In this document: positions 27,170-38,293 of the stretch, piece by piece
Layout of the letters: each line of letters opens with the position of its first letter
Position numbering within the stretch: the first letter of the stretch is position 1
Assembly (NCBI GenBank): GCA_041671485.1
Contig: JBAZBL010000002.1
Location: 9,320 to 73,319, forward strand
DNA: 64,000 nucleotides
Source of the DNA: Minisyncoccota bacterium
GTDB lineage: Bacteria > Patescibacteriota > Minisyncoccia > Phycocordibacterales > PALSA-1337
Direction: 5' to 3'
Program-made: the position numbers and the translations under genes
Notes under the pieces: generated by a model
Database searches by the model: none
Told to the model about the DNA's origin: nothing
Seen by the model: the letters and a program-made list of their open reading frames with translations, nothing else

Positions 27170-27301
27170 TAACAAAAACCCCAAGTGGGGTTTTTGTGCG
27201 TTTCTGTGACATCATATGATACACAGAGTGTTTGCCTGCCATCAACACGCTGTCGATAGAATCATCTTGGTCGCAACTCCAATGACTCGCAGGCTTAACT
27301 A
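27170..27301 (-). ncRNA. Orphan structured ncRNA (three-way junction, hairpin, terminator)
   Basis: Promoter TTGACA (27335-27330) / TATACT (27313-27308); GCCTGC..GCAGGC enclosing two hairpins; terminator AAAAACCCC-ACTT-GGGGTTTTT. Confidence 0.6.
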
Positions 27302-27363
27302 CAAGATAGTATAGACAAAAAATCTTACTTGTCAAGTATTTGTTTTAGACTTATAATCGCATC

Positions 27364-27960
27364 ATGTCATATACAATAGTTGGTCTAGGCAATCCGGGTG
27401 CAGAGTATGAAAATACACGTCACAATACTGGTCGTATTGTTTTGAATGTGATTGCAGATGAATTCTCGAAAAAAGACTTTGAATCAGATAAGAAAATAAA
27501 TGCATTGATAGTAGAAGGGAAGATAGGCAAAGAAAAAGTAGTTTTTGTGGTACCCGATACATTCATGAATAATTCTGGCAAAGCAGTTGGAGTATTGATC
27601 AAAAGCAAAAAGGCAGCAGAAAGACTTGTCGTTATCTATGATGATTTCAATTTACCACTCGGAAGAATCAAAATCTCTTTCAATAGAAGTTCTGGTGGGC
27701 ACAATGGTATAGAATCTATAATCAAAGCAATAAAGACTGAAAGCTTTATCCGTATTCGTATTGGCACTGCTCCAGAGAATGCAAAAGGAGAAGCAAAAGT
27801 ACCACACGGTGATGAGAAAATAGAGAAATTCATTCTTGGATCATTCAAACCAGATGAATTGAAAACATTAAAAAAGGTTGCAAATAAATGTACTGAAGCC
27901 GTAGAGATGATAGTGAGAGAAGGAAGGCAAAAAGCCATGAGCGTTTTTAACGCTATTTAG
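27364..27960 (+). CDS. pth: Peptidyl-tRNA hydrolase
   Basis: VGLGNPG, TRHNTG, TFMNNSG, SSGGHNG. Confidence 0.96.
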   Translation: MSYTIVGLGNPGAEYENTRHNTGRIVLNVIADEFSKKDFESDKKINALIVEGKIGKEKVVFVVPDTFMNNSGKAVGVLIKSKKAAERLVVIYDDFNLPLGRIKISFNRSSGGHNGIESIIKAIKTESFIRIRIGTAPENAKGEAKVPHGDEKIEKFILGSFKPDELKTLKKVANKCTEAVEMIVREGRQKAMSVFNAI

Positions 27961-27998
27961 TATTTTTTATACCCAAAATATCTGTCTCAAAAATAGAT

Positions 27999-29225
27999 TT
28001 ATTTTTTCTCCCCAGAAAAACTCAATGCCATTTTTTGTTCCTTTGGTTCGAATAGTGTTATCTTGAAATCATAAGTTTTACCCAATTCGAGAGTTTTCCT
28101 CAATTTTTCTTCAGAGCCAAATTCAGAAACATGAACCAAGCCTGCTACACCTTCTTCGATAGAAGCCAATGCACCATGCTTATTGAATTTGATAATAACT
28201 CCAGATATAGGCATATCCTTTTTGTATTTTTTACCTGCTTCTACCCATGGATTTGGCTTCAGTTGTTTTATCGATAGAGATATCTTGCCATCTTTGATCT
28301 CTATGATCTTGGCTTTGACTTTTTGTCCAACTTTTACAAAATTGCTTGGATTGTCTACGAGACCCCAGTCAATTTCTGATATATGTACCAAACCTTCCAT
28401 GCCTTCTTCTAGCTTTATGAATGCACCAAATTCTACGACACCTGTTATAGTACCCTCGACCTCATTGCCCACTTCGTATTTACTTGCTATTTCTTCTTTT
28501 TCTTTGAGTTCAGAACCCTTTTCAGAGAAAATAAGTTTGCCTTCCTTTGGGTCGGCGGTGATGATAGAAACCTGTAGTCTTGTACCAACGAGCTTCTTCA
28601 ATTCCTCGAGGATTTTGTCTTTGTCTCCGTCTGCTACTTTGGGATAATGTTCTGGTTTCAATTGTGATGCTGGAAGAAATCCAGTTATTCCTTGCCAATC
28701 GATAAGAAGTCCTCCTTTATTTGCTTCTTTTATCTGGAGATCGAGCATTTTCCTATCTTTGATTGCAGATTCTGCTTCATTCCATATGAGAGCTTGCCTT
28801 GCTTCCTTTAGAGACAGTTCGTAATAGCCTTCTTTATGTGCATTGTCTACTATCTTTGCTGCTACGATATCTCCAACATTGATCTTTTTTATAATATCGC
28901 GTGCAGTCAAAAACTCTTTACCATATATGATACCTGTACCAAATGGTGCAAGATCTATAAATACAGAAGACTTTTCTGTTGCTATCACTGGTCCCTCGAC
29001 CAAGTCACCAATCATCGGAGGGTTTTTGATCTGTGCAATAAGTTTACCCATTACGGTTGCCTTCTTTTCTTCGGCAATCCTCATTGCTTTGTCTTTTATC
29101 TTTTCCTTATCATCAGACTTTTTGTCAGAAACTTTTTTTGGAGCCTTTATCTCTATCTCTTTTTCTTTTGTCACTTTACTATCATCTTTCGAACCAGTCA
29201 GAGTTTCTCTTAATTTTTTGAACAT
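27999..29225 (-). CDS. rpsA: 30S ribosomal protein S1
   Basis: Four S1 repeats: ANKGGL, GFLPASQL, FGAFIKL..EGLVHISE. Confidence 0.93.
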   Translation of the reverse strand: MFKKLRETLTGSKDDSKVTKEKEIEIKAPKKVSDKKSDDKEKIKDKAMRIAEEKKATVMGKLIAQIKNPPMIGDLVEGPVIATEKSSVFIDLAPFGTGIIYGKEFLTARDIIKKINVGDIVAAKIVDNAHKEGYYELSLKEARQALIWNEAESAIKDRKMLDLQIKEANKGGLLIDWQGITGFLPASQLKPEHYPKVADGDKDKILEELKKLVGTRLQVSIITADPKEGKLIFSEKGSELKEKEEIASKYEVGNEVEGTITGVVEFGAFIKLEEGMEGLVHISEIDWGLVDNPSNFVKVGQKVKAKIIEIKDGKISLSIKQLKPNPWVEAGKKYKKDMPISGVIIKFNKHGALASIEEGVAGLVHVSEFGSEEKLRKTLELGKTYDFKITLFEPKEQKMALSFSGEKK

Positions 29226-29396
29226 TTTGTTTTGCCCATCTTTATAGCATTTATGATTGATGGGGCGTTCCGCTTTTTAGGCTATTAATATTTGTTGCGG
29301 GATTACGCTATTTCTAAACTTATAAAAATGGCTTATAGCCATCTTTTTCTTTTTGTAATTTAACATGGATAGGTGAAATAATCAATGTTTGGCTAT

Positions 29397-29405
29397 TTAT
29401 CCACA
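29397..29405 (+). promoter_or_regulatory. DnaA box
   Basis: Perfect TTATCCACA in a divergent intergenic region. Confidence 0.4.
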
Positions 29406-29428
29406 TTTTTGGTAATATTTAAGTAATT

Positions 29429-29818
29429 ATGAACTACAAAGGCGTAATAATTGAAGAAAGTTTAGAAAAGAAAGACATTCTCAAAGATGTCAAAATTTTA
29501 GATACAAAAGTTGAGGAAGTTGTGGAGGAGCATAAAACCCCTTGGATAAAACAATGGACTTTACATACTGTTGAGATTCTAGAAAATCAAGCAAGAGATG
29601 TCGCGGAAAAAATAAGTAAAGTATTGGATTCAAAACATGATTGGTATGCCGATTTCAAAAACGGAACCCATCATTACATTATTTTTCGCGACAAAGTTTT
29701 TTATATAGACAGAAAAAGTAAGGAGCAATATAATGAAGCAAAACATTACGGCATCTCTCTTGGCATACCTGAATATCAAGTTGATTTTGCTCCTGACGAT
29801 ACGATTTGGGAAAGATAA
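29429..29818 (+). CDS. Conserved hypothetical protein
   Basis: GVIIEESL, WTLHTV, WYADFKN, GIPEYQVDF. Confidence 0.8.
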   Translation: MNYKGVIIEESLEKKDILKDVKILDTKVEEVVEEHKTPWIKQWTLHTVEILENQARDVAEKISKVLDSKHDWYADFKNGTHHYIIFRDKVFYIDRKSKEQYNEAKHYGISLGIPEYQVDFAPDDTIWER

Positions 29819-29820
29819 TT

Positions 29821-30522
29821 ATGACAACAATTAACAAGAAAGTTTGGAGAGAATATTTTGAGAAAATCATTTCCGGTAAGAAAAAGCTGGAATTACGTCT
29901 TGCCGATTTTGAAGTGAACGAAGGAGATACTTTGGTTTTGGAAGAATGGGACAAAGACAAGAAAGAACACACCGGAAGAAAAGTTGAAGTTATCGCTACC
30001 TATATTCTCAAAACAAAAGGTCAAACTTTTTGGTCAACGGAGGAAGTTGAAAAATGCGGTTTTCAGATTATTCAGTTTGAGCCAAAAGATAGCCCTGCCC
30101 AATGTCCGAAAGTTGGTGTTGGTGTAATGATTTTGAAAGACAATAAAGTTTTGTTAGGAAAACGCAAAGGTTCACATGGCGAGGGCGAGTACGCCTTCCC
30201 CGGTGGTCATTTGGAATACATGGAATCCTTTGAGGATTGTGCTCGGCGCGAAGTAAGTGAGGAGTGCGGAATAGAAATTGATAATATTCGTTTTCAGTAT
30301 TTGGCGAATATTACCAAGTACGCACCGAAGCACTATACGCATATCGGTCTTGTGGCAGATTGGAAAAGTGTCGAGCCAAAAGTTTTAGAACCAGAAAAAT
30401 CAGAATTGTGGGGTTGGTATGAAATAGACGACTTGCCTCAACCAATTTTTGAAATGTGCAAGTTGGCTGTTCAGTGCCACAAGACAGGAAAGAACTATTT
30501 GGATGTTTCAGATTTGAAATAG
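29821..30522 (+). CDS. ASCH/DUF3850 domain fused to NUDIX hydrolase (NUDT15-like)
   Basis: KKVWREYFEKIISGKKKLELR...GDTLVLEEWD; PKVGVGV, PGGHLEYMESFEDCARREVSEECG. Confidence 0.85.
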   Translation: MTTINKKVWREYFEKIISGKKKLELRLADFEVNEGDTLVLEEWDKDKKEHTGRKVEVIATYILKTKGQTFWSTEEVEKCGFQIIQFEPKDSPAQCPKVGVGVMILKDNKVLLGKRKGSHGEGEYAFPGGHLEYMESFEDCARREVSEECGIEIDNIRFQYLANITKYAPKHYTHIGLVADWKSVEPKVLEPEKSELWGWYEIDDLPQPIFEMCKLAVQCHKTGKNYLDVSDLK

Positions 30523-30655
30523 CCACCGATTTATTTAAGAAAAGAAAGCCGAAGTCCCTACAAATTCCTCCGCAGACTTCTCAGTTTGCGAAGGTTTTAA
30601 TTCGGGAGGTTAGTCCTTATTTGAAAAATGAAAGTTTTCTTGCTATATTAATCCC

Positions 30656-31300
30656 ATGATAATCACTTACCTAGGTGGAGAATTCGTAAAAGTACAATTT
30701 GGTGATACAACGATTGCACTCAATCCTATTTCCAAAGAGTCAAATCTAAAGACATCAAAGTTTGGTGCCAGCATCGTATTGTCTAGTATCAATCATCCAG
30801 ACACAAATGGTGTCGATCAAGTCACTTTTGGCGAGAAGAAACCATTTGTCATAAATGGCCCCGGAGAATATGAAGTCGGTGGTGTATTCGTAAAAGGCTT
30901 CAAATCATTATCAAATTTTGATTACGGAGGTCAGACCTCCGTAAGGATCAATACCATCTTTACTGTAACTTTAGAAGGCATGAATATATGTTATCTCGGA
31001 GCTATAAATCAGATAGAATTACCAATAGAGGCAGATGAAGCAATAGATGATGTTGATATATTATTTGTTCCAATAGGTGGTGATGGAGTATTGGATGCAG
31101 TAAAGGCTTATAAATTGGCTATAGAAATAGGTCCCAAAATAATCATACCAATACACTACGGTGATATTGGCAATCCCAATGCATTGAAGATATTCCTAAA
31201 AGAGGCTGGCGAAAATCCTAGTCCTATGTCAAAATTAACATTGAAGAAGAAAGATCTAGATGGTAAGGAGGCAGAGGTGGTCGTGCTTGAGAAGGAGTAA
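30656..31300 (+). CDS. MBL-fold metallo-hydrolase (degenerate)
   Basis: ITYLG, INGPGEYEVGGV, DILFVPIGG, IIPIHY; contains in-frame palindrome 30922-30944. Confidence 0.85.
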   Translation: MIITYLGGEFVKVQFGDTTIALNPISKESNLKTSKFGASIVLSSINHPDTNGVDQVTFGEKKPFVINGPGEYEVGGVFVKGFKSLSNFDYGGQTSVRINTIFTVTLEGMNICYLGAINQIELPIEADEAIDDVDILFVPIGGDGVLDAVKAYKLAIEIGPKIIIPIHYGDIGNPNALKIFLKEAGENPSPMSKLTLKKKDLDGKEAEVVVLEKE

Positions 31301-31301
31301 T

Positions 31302-31328
31302 GTGGATTCCCGCTTTCGCGGGAATGAC
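31302..31328. repeat. REP-like ATTCCCN8GGGAAT palindrome
   Basis: GATTCCCGCTTTCGCGGGAATGAC. Confidence 0.6.
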
Positions 31329-31339
31329 ACAAAAAACAA

Positions 31340-31639
31340 ATGAGCATACAATCATATATAGAAAATTTGCGTACGAAGCCCGAACATGTTCGCAGGAGGC
31401 ATGCATTCTGGTATTCTTTTGGTGTAACTTTTGTGATATTTGCATTCTGGATATCTTCTTGGACCACTTTAGGAAATACAACCAAGGGTGTTGTAACAAA
31501 AGCTGTAGACAAAGTAGAGACTCCTGCTCAATCTCTAATTGCAGGAGTAGGTTCATTTTTCGTAGATATAAAAGATATTGTCTTTGGTCCCAAAAAGATC
31601 ATCTATTCCGAGGTTGAGGCTGTTCCGGGGAATCGATAG
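31340..31639 (+). CDS. Hypothetical membrane protein
   Basis: IENLRTKPEHVRRR followed by one TM helix. Confidence 0.75.
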   Translation: MSIQSYIENLRTKPEHVRRRHAFWYSFGVTFVIFAFWISSWTTLGNTTKGVVTKAVDKVETPAQSLIAGVGSFFVDIKDIVFGPKKIIYSEVEAVPGNR

Positions 31640-31688
31640 GGTACTAGTATACTTGCTATTTTAGATATATATATTGTATACTATACCC

Positions 31689-32825
31689 ATGAATTATAAT
31701 AGAATAATAAGCAAGGCTTTACTTGAAAATATAGGCAAAAAACCTATATTGGTACTTTATGGTGCGAGACAGGTCGGTAAAACAACATTGATAAAATCCA
31801 TTTTGGAAAAGTTTACAAAGACATTGTATTTACAAGGAGATGACCCGAAGGATGCTTTACTACTTGAACATAGATCAACAGATGAGCTTAGAGATCTCGT
31901 GTCAGGTTACGATCTCGTTGTTATTGATGAGGCTCAGAGAGTGAAAGATATCGGTACGACGCTCAAGTTGATCGCTGATAATGTAAAAGATGTGAGAGTC
32001 ATTGCATCAGGGTCGTCTGCATTTGAATTGGCTAATAGGTTGAGTGAGCCTCTGACAGGTAGAAATCGTAAATTTTATCTTTACCCACTGTCCATGTCGG
32101 AACTGATAGAGGCATACGGGAAAATAAATACGAGCAAAGAACTCGAGACATATATGTCCTTTGGCATGTATCCAAAGATCGTATCCGCAGAGTCTAGAGA
32201 GGAAAAAGCACTTCTAGTAAAAGAGTTGGCAGGGGATTATCTATTCAAGGACTTGTTCATGTTCGGAGACATTCGAAACTCATTTGCTTTTGAAAAACTC
32301 ATAAAACTCCTGGCACTTCGCATAGGTGGCGAGATTTCTTACTCAGAATTGGCAAAAGAAGTCGGAATAAGTAGAGATACGGTGTTGAATTATATCAAAT
32401 TACTTGAACAAGCGTTCATAATATTCCGATTGACACCTCTATACACCAATAAGTCCAAGGAGATAAACAAAAGCCACAAGATATATTTCTATGATGTTGG
32501 TATCAGAAATGCTCTCATCAATAATACCGATCCAATGGAATTGCGTCTAGATAAAGGTGCGATTTTTGAGAATTTCTTTATCGCAGAAAAAGTGAAAGAA
32601 AAAGAATATTCTGGTCGTACAAGTGAAATCCATTTCTGGAAGAGTCGCAGTGGAAGTGAGGTCGATTTTGTCGAAGTCTCTGGTGGTTCTATCAATGCTT
32701 TTGAATGTAAATGGAAGGAAGTGGTTAAGGCTCCGAAGACGTGGTTAGAAACATATCCAAAATCAAGCTTTGAATGTGTCACAACAGAAAATATACTCGA
32801 TTCATTTGCTGTCAAAACTTTATAA
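31689..32825 (+). CDS. AAA+ ATPase with DUF4143 domain
   Basis: GARQVGKTT, IDEAQ, SGSS, KIYFYDVGIRN, EVDFV..FECKW. Confidence 0.92.
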   Translation: MNYNRIISKALLENIGKKPILVLYGARQVGKTTLIKSILEKFTKTLYLQGDDPKDALLLEHRSTDELRDLVSGYDLVVIDEAQRVKDIGTTLKLIADNVKDVRVIASGSSAFELANRLSEPLTGRNRKFYLYPLSMSELIEAYGKINTSKELETYMSFGMYPKIVSAESREEKALLVKELAGDYLFKDLFMFGDIRNSFAFEKLIKLLALRIGGEISYSELAKEVGISRDTVLNYIKLLEQAFIIFRLTPLYTNKSKEINKSHKIYFYDVGIRNALINNTDPMELRLDKGAIFENFFIAEKVKEKEYSGRTSEIHFWKSRSGSEVDFVEVSGGSINAFECKWKEVVKAPKTWLETYPKSSFECVTTENILDSFAVKTL

Positions 32826-32927
32826 AGTATAAGAGTCAAAACAGATATTTCCTTGATGACAAACACTCTTTTTCTTGCTAGAATGATATAGTAATACCGA
32901 GATCGGATCTCGGTAAAAGTATTAAAA

Positions 32928-35414
32928 ATGGCAAAAAAGAATGAAAATAATGAAATGAAGATAAGGCCGGTAAATACGGCCGGAGTTGTTTCGCGGTCTA
33001 TAACAACAGAGATGCGTGAGTCATTCCTCGACTATGCAATGTCAGTTATCACAGATAGGGCATTGCCAGATGTAAGAGATGGTTTGAAGCCAGTGCATCG
33101 TCGTATCTTATACGCAATGCATGAAAAAGGTTTGACGGCTTCGGTCAAATTTCGCAAATCTGCTGTCGTAGTCGGTGATGTACTCGGTAATTATCATCCT
33201 CATGGTGATGTAGCTGTTTATGATTCTTTGGTAAAGATGGCTCAAGACTTTACCATGCGATATCCTCTGGTACAAGGTCAAGGAAACTTTGGTACGGTAG
33301 ATGGCGACAATGCCGCTGCTATGCGTTATACAGAGTCCAGAATGTCCAAGATCGCAGCAGAACTCTTGCGAGATATAGATAAAGATACAGTTAACTTTCG
33401 TCCGAACTACGATGGTACCAAGAAAGAACCGATAGTCTTGCCAACTGCTGTACCAAACTTGCTCCTGAATGGAACGCTGGGCATAGCAGTCGGTATGGCA
33501 ACGAATATACCACCACACAATCTTCGTGAAGTTCTAGATGCAACTATGCATCTCGTAGAAGATTCGGGTGCAAGTACAGAAGATTTGCTCAAATTTATAA
33601 AGGGTCCTGATTTTCCTACAGGGGCCATCATGTATGGAGAAAAAGATATTCAACATGCATATTCTACTGGACGTGGTGGTATCGTTGTCCGTGGTGAAGC
33701 AGAGATAGTAGAAGACAAAAAAGGACAATTCCAGATCATCATAAGTTCTATCCCTTATAGAGTGAATAAATCATCACTTATTATGCGTATTGCTGATCTT
33801 GTCCGTGAAAAGTCTATAGAAGGTGTAAAAGCACTACGTGATGAATCTGATAAAGAATTGAGGATAGCGATAGACCTAAAACAAGGTTCATTCCCGGAAA
33901 AGATCTTGAATCAGCTTTACAAACATACACAACTCGAAGAGACATTTCATGTAAATATAGTTGCTCTAGTAGACGGTGTTCCTCACACTTTGGGCCTAAA
34001 GACAATATTAGAAGAATTTGTAGATCATAGGATAGAGGTTATACGTCGAAGAACAAAGTTTGACCTCAACAAAGCCGAAGAACGCGAGCATATACTTCTA
34101 GGCCTGAAAAAAGCACTCGATCATATAGATGAAATAATTACTCTTATACGTGCATCGAAAGATGTCCTAGAAGCTCATGCTGGCCTCATGAAGAAATTCA
34201 AGTTTAGTGATAGACAAGCAACAGCAATATTAGAAATGAAATTGCAAAGATTGGCAGGACTTGAGAGAAAGAAAGTTCTAGACGAATTGGAACAAGTACA
34301 AAAACTCATTATCGAACTCAAAAGTATTCTTGACAGTGATAAGAAAGTCCGTGGCATCATAAAGACAGAACTTTCAGATATTAGAGAAAAGTATGGTGAT
34401 GATAGGAGGACAAAACTGGTCAAACATGGTGTCAAAGAATTTAGTGCAGAAGACCTTATCGCTGATGAAGAATCTGTTTTGGTTTTGACAAAGGGTGGCT
34501 ATATAAAGAGAACTGATCCTTCGGAATATAGAAAACAAAAGAGGGGTGGTGTAGGTGTTATAGACCTAGATACAAAAGAAGAAGATTTCATAACTCATCT
34601 CGTATATGCAACAACTCACAATGATATTTTATTCTTTACCGACAAAGGCAAAGCTTATCAGATAAGGATGTTCGAAATACCAGAAGGCAAACGTGCCACA
34701 AAAGGCAAATCAATAATGAATTTTCTTTCTCTAGCAGATGGAGAAAGAGTGACTTCTATATTGCCTATGCCAAAAGACAAAAAAGTAGCAGAAGGTCTAT
34801 CACTCATGATGGTGACAAAGAATGGCACAGGCAAAAAGAGCTCGGCAAAATATTTTCGAGATGTACGAAGGTCAGGACTCATCGCTATCACTCTAGATGA
34901 AAAAGACGAATTGATCCAAGCATCATTTGTCACAAAGAGTGATGATATAGTCCTAGCTACAAAACAAGGTCAGTCAATACGATTCAAAGAAAGCGATGTT
35001 CGTGAAATGGGTAGAAATGCTTCTGGAGTGAGAGTTATCAAGCTCGATAAATCTGGCAAATCTGAAAGTGATGAAGTAATTTCTGCAGATATCGTTTCCA
35101 AGGATGCAAAAGATCCAGCATTGTTTGTCATGAGTGCAAATGGTTATGGCAAGAAGACAGAACTTTCTGAATACAAAACACAAAAGCGTGGTGGTTCTGG
35201 CATACTCACCATGAAAGTCACAACAAAGACTGGTCCACTAATATCTGCAAAAGCAATTGTAGAAGGAGATGAAGAGATAGTTGCTATGTCGAAGAAAAGC
35301 CAAGTAATAAGAGTTGATATCAAAGAAATTCCAACTCTAAGTAGAGCTACACAAGGAGTCCGTGTTATGAAGCTTCGAGAAGGGGATACTTTGGCGAGTT
35401 TGATTTGTTTGTAA
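32928..35414 (+). CDS. gyrA: DNA gyrase subunit A
   Basis: [29 protein letters not shown], GyrA-box QKRGGVG. Confidence 0.98.
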   Translation: MAKKNENNEMKIRPVNTAGVVSRSITTEMRESFLDYAMSVITDRALPDVRDGLKPVHRRILYAMHEKGLTASVKFRKSAVVVGDVLGNYHPHGDVAVYDSLVKMAQDFTMRYPLVQGQGNFGTVDGDNAAAMRYTESRMSKIAAELLRDIDKDTVNFRPNYDGTKKEPIVLPTAVPNLLLNGTLGIAVGMATNIPPHNLREVLDATMHLVEDSGASTEDLLKFIKGPDFPTGAIMYGEKDIQHAYSTGRGGIVVRGEAEIVEDKKGQFQIIISSIPYRVNKSSLIMRIADLVREKSIEGVKALRDESDKELRIAIDLKQGSFPEKILNQLYKHTQLEETFHVNIVALVDGVPHTLGLKTILEEFVDHRIEVIRRRTKFDLNKAEEREHILLGLKKALDHIDEIITLIRASKDVLEAHAGLMKKFKFSDRQATAILEMKLQRLAGLERKKVLDELEQVQKLIIELKSILDSDKKVRGIIKTELSDIREKYGDDRRTKLVKHGVKEFSAEDLIADEESVLVLTKGGYIKRTDPSEYRKQKRGGVGVIDLDTKEEDFITHLVYATTHNDILFFTDKGKAYQIRMFEIPEGKRATKGKSIMNFLSLADGERVTSILPMPKDKKVAEGLSLMMVTKNGTGKKSSAKYFRDVRRSGLIAITLDEKDELIQASFVTKSDDIVLATKQGQSIRFKESDVREMGRNASGVRVIKLDKSGKSESDEVISADIVSKDAKDPALFVMSANGYGKKTELSEYKTQKRGGSGILTMKVTTKTGPLISAKAIVEGDEEIVAMSKKSQVIRVDIKEIPTLSRATQGVRVMKLREGDTLASLICL

Positions 35415-35439
35415 ATTATTATTGAGCTATAATTAGCAT

Positions 35440-35958
35440 ATGTTTTCTGACCCTACTCAAAATATAGGAAAGTTGGGACTAATACATGGAATGAAAGTAG
35501 TGGATCTTGGTGCAGGATCTGGTTTTTATACATTGGAAGCTGCAAGAAGAGTTGGAGCTGACGGAAGAGTATATGCAGTAGATGTACAAAAGAATTTGCT
35601 TGAACGCATAAGGACAAATGGAGCGCAAGAGGGACTCCGAAATATCGAAGTTGTTTGGGGCAATGCAGAGAAGATAGGCGGAACAAAGTTGCGTGAATCT
35701 ATAGCAGACATGGTTATTGCTTCAAATGTATTGTTTCAGATAGAAAAGCCAGATGAATTTGCTCTGGAGACAAAAAGATTATTGAAGCAAGGAGGCAAAG
35801 TATTGATAATAGATTGGAGTGAATTGAGCCCTATGGGACCACAAAATATTTTTACAGCCAATAAAGCACAAATGTTATTTGAGAAATCTGGATTCAAACT
35901 AGAGCAATCTTTCTCTGCTGGTGACCATCATTATGGGCTAATATTTATAAGACCATGA
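35440..35958 (+). CDS. Class I SAM-dependent methyltransferase
   Basis: VVDLGAGSGFY, VYAVDVQ, VLIIDW. Confidence 0.88.
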   Translation: MFSDPTQNIGKLGLIHGMKVVDLGAGSGFYTLEAARRVGADGRVYAVDVQKNLLERIRTNGAQEGLRNIEVVWGNAEKIGGTKLRESIADMVIASNVLFQIEKPDEFALETKRLLKQGGKVLIIDWSELSPMGPQNIFTANKAQMLFEKSGFKLEQSFSAGDHHYGLIFIRP

Positions 35959-37250
35959 GTAAATTCCAAATAATAGTATTGGGAGTATTTGTTCTGGCTA
36001 TAATTGTCGGAGTAGCTACTTTTGCTACATACAAAGGTAGAGGAGGATCTAGTACACAATTACCACCTATCACAATCTGGGGTACATTTCCTGCAGAAAC
36101 TTTCAATAGTTATATATCCAAGATCAATCAAACTTTTTCTTTGCCATTAAGTATTTCTTATACAGAGATAAATCCAAATTCTTTTTCCAAACAATTTATC
36201 GCTGCTCTAGCTAGAGGGACTGGACCAGACGCCATATTGATATCGGCTGATATGATATTGCCACATTTGGATAAAATAACTCCTATACCATATGAAGCAT
36301 TACCACAGAGAACATTTATGGATTCTTATATAAATGAAGCACAGATATATGTAGGAGATGGTGGTATCCTAGCAATTCCTTTTGTAGTAGATCCATTACT
36401 TATGTATTGGAATAAAGACATGTTTGCTTCCGCCAATATAGCAACATATCCAAAATATTGGGATGATTTTACTGAATTGAATAAAAAGCTAACAGTCAAA
36501 GACAATAATGGAAATATAAGAAAGTCTGCTATTGCAATGGGAGACTTTGTAAATATAGCAAATGCAAGAGAGATCCTAGGAACACTCATACTTCAATTGG
36601 GGAATCCAGTTACAGTGAAAAATCAAGATGGATATATTTCAAGTACTATCAATACTTCTAATTCGACGAATCCAATCTCTGCTGTCCAATACTTTACTCA
36701 ATTTGTAAATCCAAATAGTTCAAATTATTCTTGGAATAGAGGAATGCAAAATTCCAAAACTGCTTTCTTATCTGGTACACTCGCTACATATTTTGGCTTT
36801 GCATCTGAACTCAAAGATATTCGTTCCAAGAATTCAAATCTCAATTTTGATGTTGCAGTCTTGCCACAGATGAAAGTTGGTGGTATGAAAGCTAGTTATG
36901 GCAAACTATACGGCTTCTCTGTAGTAAAGGCCTCAACAAATCAAAATGCTGCATATCAAACTTTTACCATGATAACAAATCCAAATAGTTTGAGAGTTTT
37001 GTCGGAAATGACATATTTGCCATCCGTTAGTATCGATCTTATTGCCCAAGGTTCAAAAGATCCATATATAACAGTATTCAATGGCGTTGCACTTATCGCC
37101 AAGACTTGGCTTGATGCAGATCCCATACAATCCAATAGGATATTTGGCAATATGGTAGATGCTATAACTAGTGGAGCGAAGAATATTTCGGAAGCCATAA
37201 ATGATACTGGAGACCAGTATGATGTATTGTTGTATCAAGCGACACAATAA
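35955..37250 (+). CDS. Extracellular solute-binding protein (sugar-ABC type)
   Basis: N-terminal TM, ITIWG, ALARGTGPD, LLMYWNKDMF. Confidence 0.85.
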   Translation: MSKFQIIVLGVFVLAIIVGVATFATYKGRGGSSTQLPPITIWGTFPAETFNSYISKINQTFSLPLSISYTEINPNSFSKQFIAALARGTGPDAILISADMILPHLDKITPIPYEALPQRTFMDSYINEAQIYVGDGGILAIPFVVDPLLMYWNKDMFASANIATYPKYWDDFTELNKKLTVKDNNGNIRKSAIAMGDFVNIANAREILGTLILQLGNPVTVKNQDGYISSTINTSNSTNPISAVQYFTQFVNPNSSNYSWNRGMQNSKTAFLSGTLATYFGFASELKDIRSKNSNLNFDVAVLPQMKVGGMKASYGKLYGFSVVKASTNQNAAYQTFTMITNPNSLRVLSEMTYLPSVSIDLIAQGSKDPYITVFNGVALIAKTWLDADPIQSNRIFGNMVDAITSGAKNISEAINDTGDQYDVLLYQATQ

Positions 37251-37304
37251 TAGATTACAAATGTTCCGCCTTCGCCAAGGCTTCGGTGGACAAGCAAAAT
37301 CCAG

Positions 37305-37766
37305 ATGACAAATCAATTTCAAAATCCAAAGTATCTAATTATTATTGTTCTTTTGGTCATGGTATTGACTCCGATGCTAGTCAATGCAGCCAATCCTATA
37401 ACAGATGTATTCAATAGTAATTTCAAACTTTCTGTTTGCGATGGCCCTGCCAAGAATCCAAATGCAAATGCAACGAACTATCCCAATGGTTATGTAGCAT
37501 GCGACTTCAATGGTCTCATGTTACAAGCACAGCATCTTATTAATGTTTTTATAATATTTGGTGTTTTGGCGGCGATAGTAAGTTTTAGTTATGCTGGGTA
37601 TCTATATATTACTGGTGTAGAGAAAAATATAAGTCATGCAAGAGAGATCTTCCGTAAAACTGGCATAGGTCTTATAATGATGTTGACTGCATGGTTTGTT
37701 GTTTATCAGATACTGGACTGGCTAGTCGCAGATCCGGGGGTAAAGACACTTTTGGGGACACCATAA
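37305..37766 (+). CDS. TrbC/VirB2-like pilin 1
   Basis: Signal peptide plus two TM helices flanking a basic loop (AREIFRKTGIGLIMMLTAW). Confidence 0.75.
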   Translation: MTNQFQNPKYLIIIVLLVMVLTPMLVNAANPITDVFNSNFKLSVCDGPAKNPNANATNYPNGYVACDFNGLMLQAQHLINVFIIFGVLAAIVSFSYAGYLYITGVEKNISHAREIFRKTGIGLIMMLTAWFVVYQILDWLVADPGVKTLLGTP

Positions 37767-37783
37767 TTGTTGAATAAATATAT

Positions 37784-38272
37784 ATGAGAAAAATTATTTT
37801 TATAACTATAATTGCAGTCTTAATTGCTACTGGACCATTATCTGTATTTGCACAGAATTTATCAAATCAGACAGGTGGATCAACGTCAGGACAGACCGGA
37901 GGATCAACATCAGGACAAACTGGTGGTCCAAGTAATTCAAACACGAATACAATAACTCTAAAGAATCCACTAAAACCAGAAATAAACTCTGTTGGTGCAA
38001 TAGTGAGTGAAGGAGTGAAAATCTTTAGTTATGTTGTTGTCTTATTTGCTGTAATTGTACTTATATGGGTTGGCTTGCAATTTATTCTTGCAAGAGGTAA
38101 TGCAGAAGAATTGAAAAAGCTCAAACTATGGCTTACATGGGTAGTTGTTGGTGTTGCTATAGTCATAGGTGCTAGGATAATCATAGAATTGGTCATAAAC
38201 ACTTTGAGCTCTACGAATCTGGTCGATCAAAATGTTATTCAAAGTGCAGGTCAAGCTATAAGGAGTCAATAA
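37784..38272 (+). CDS. TrbC/VirB2-like pilin 2 with QTGGSTSG repeats
   Basis: LKNPL, ARGNAEELKK..LTWVVVG; 24-bp tandem repeat at ~37868-37927. Confidence 0.8.
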   Translation: MRKIIFITIIAVLIATGPLSVFAQNLSNQTGGSTSGQTGGSTSGQTGGPSNSNTNTITLKNPLKPEINSVGAIVSEGVKIFSYVVVLFAVIVLIWVGLQFILARGNAEELKKLKLWLTWVVVGVAIVIGARIIIELVINTLSSTNLVDQNVIQSAGQAIRSQ

Positions 38273-38293
38273 AATATTTATAAATAAAATAAT

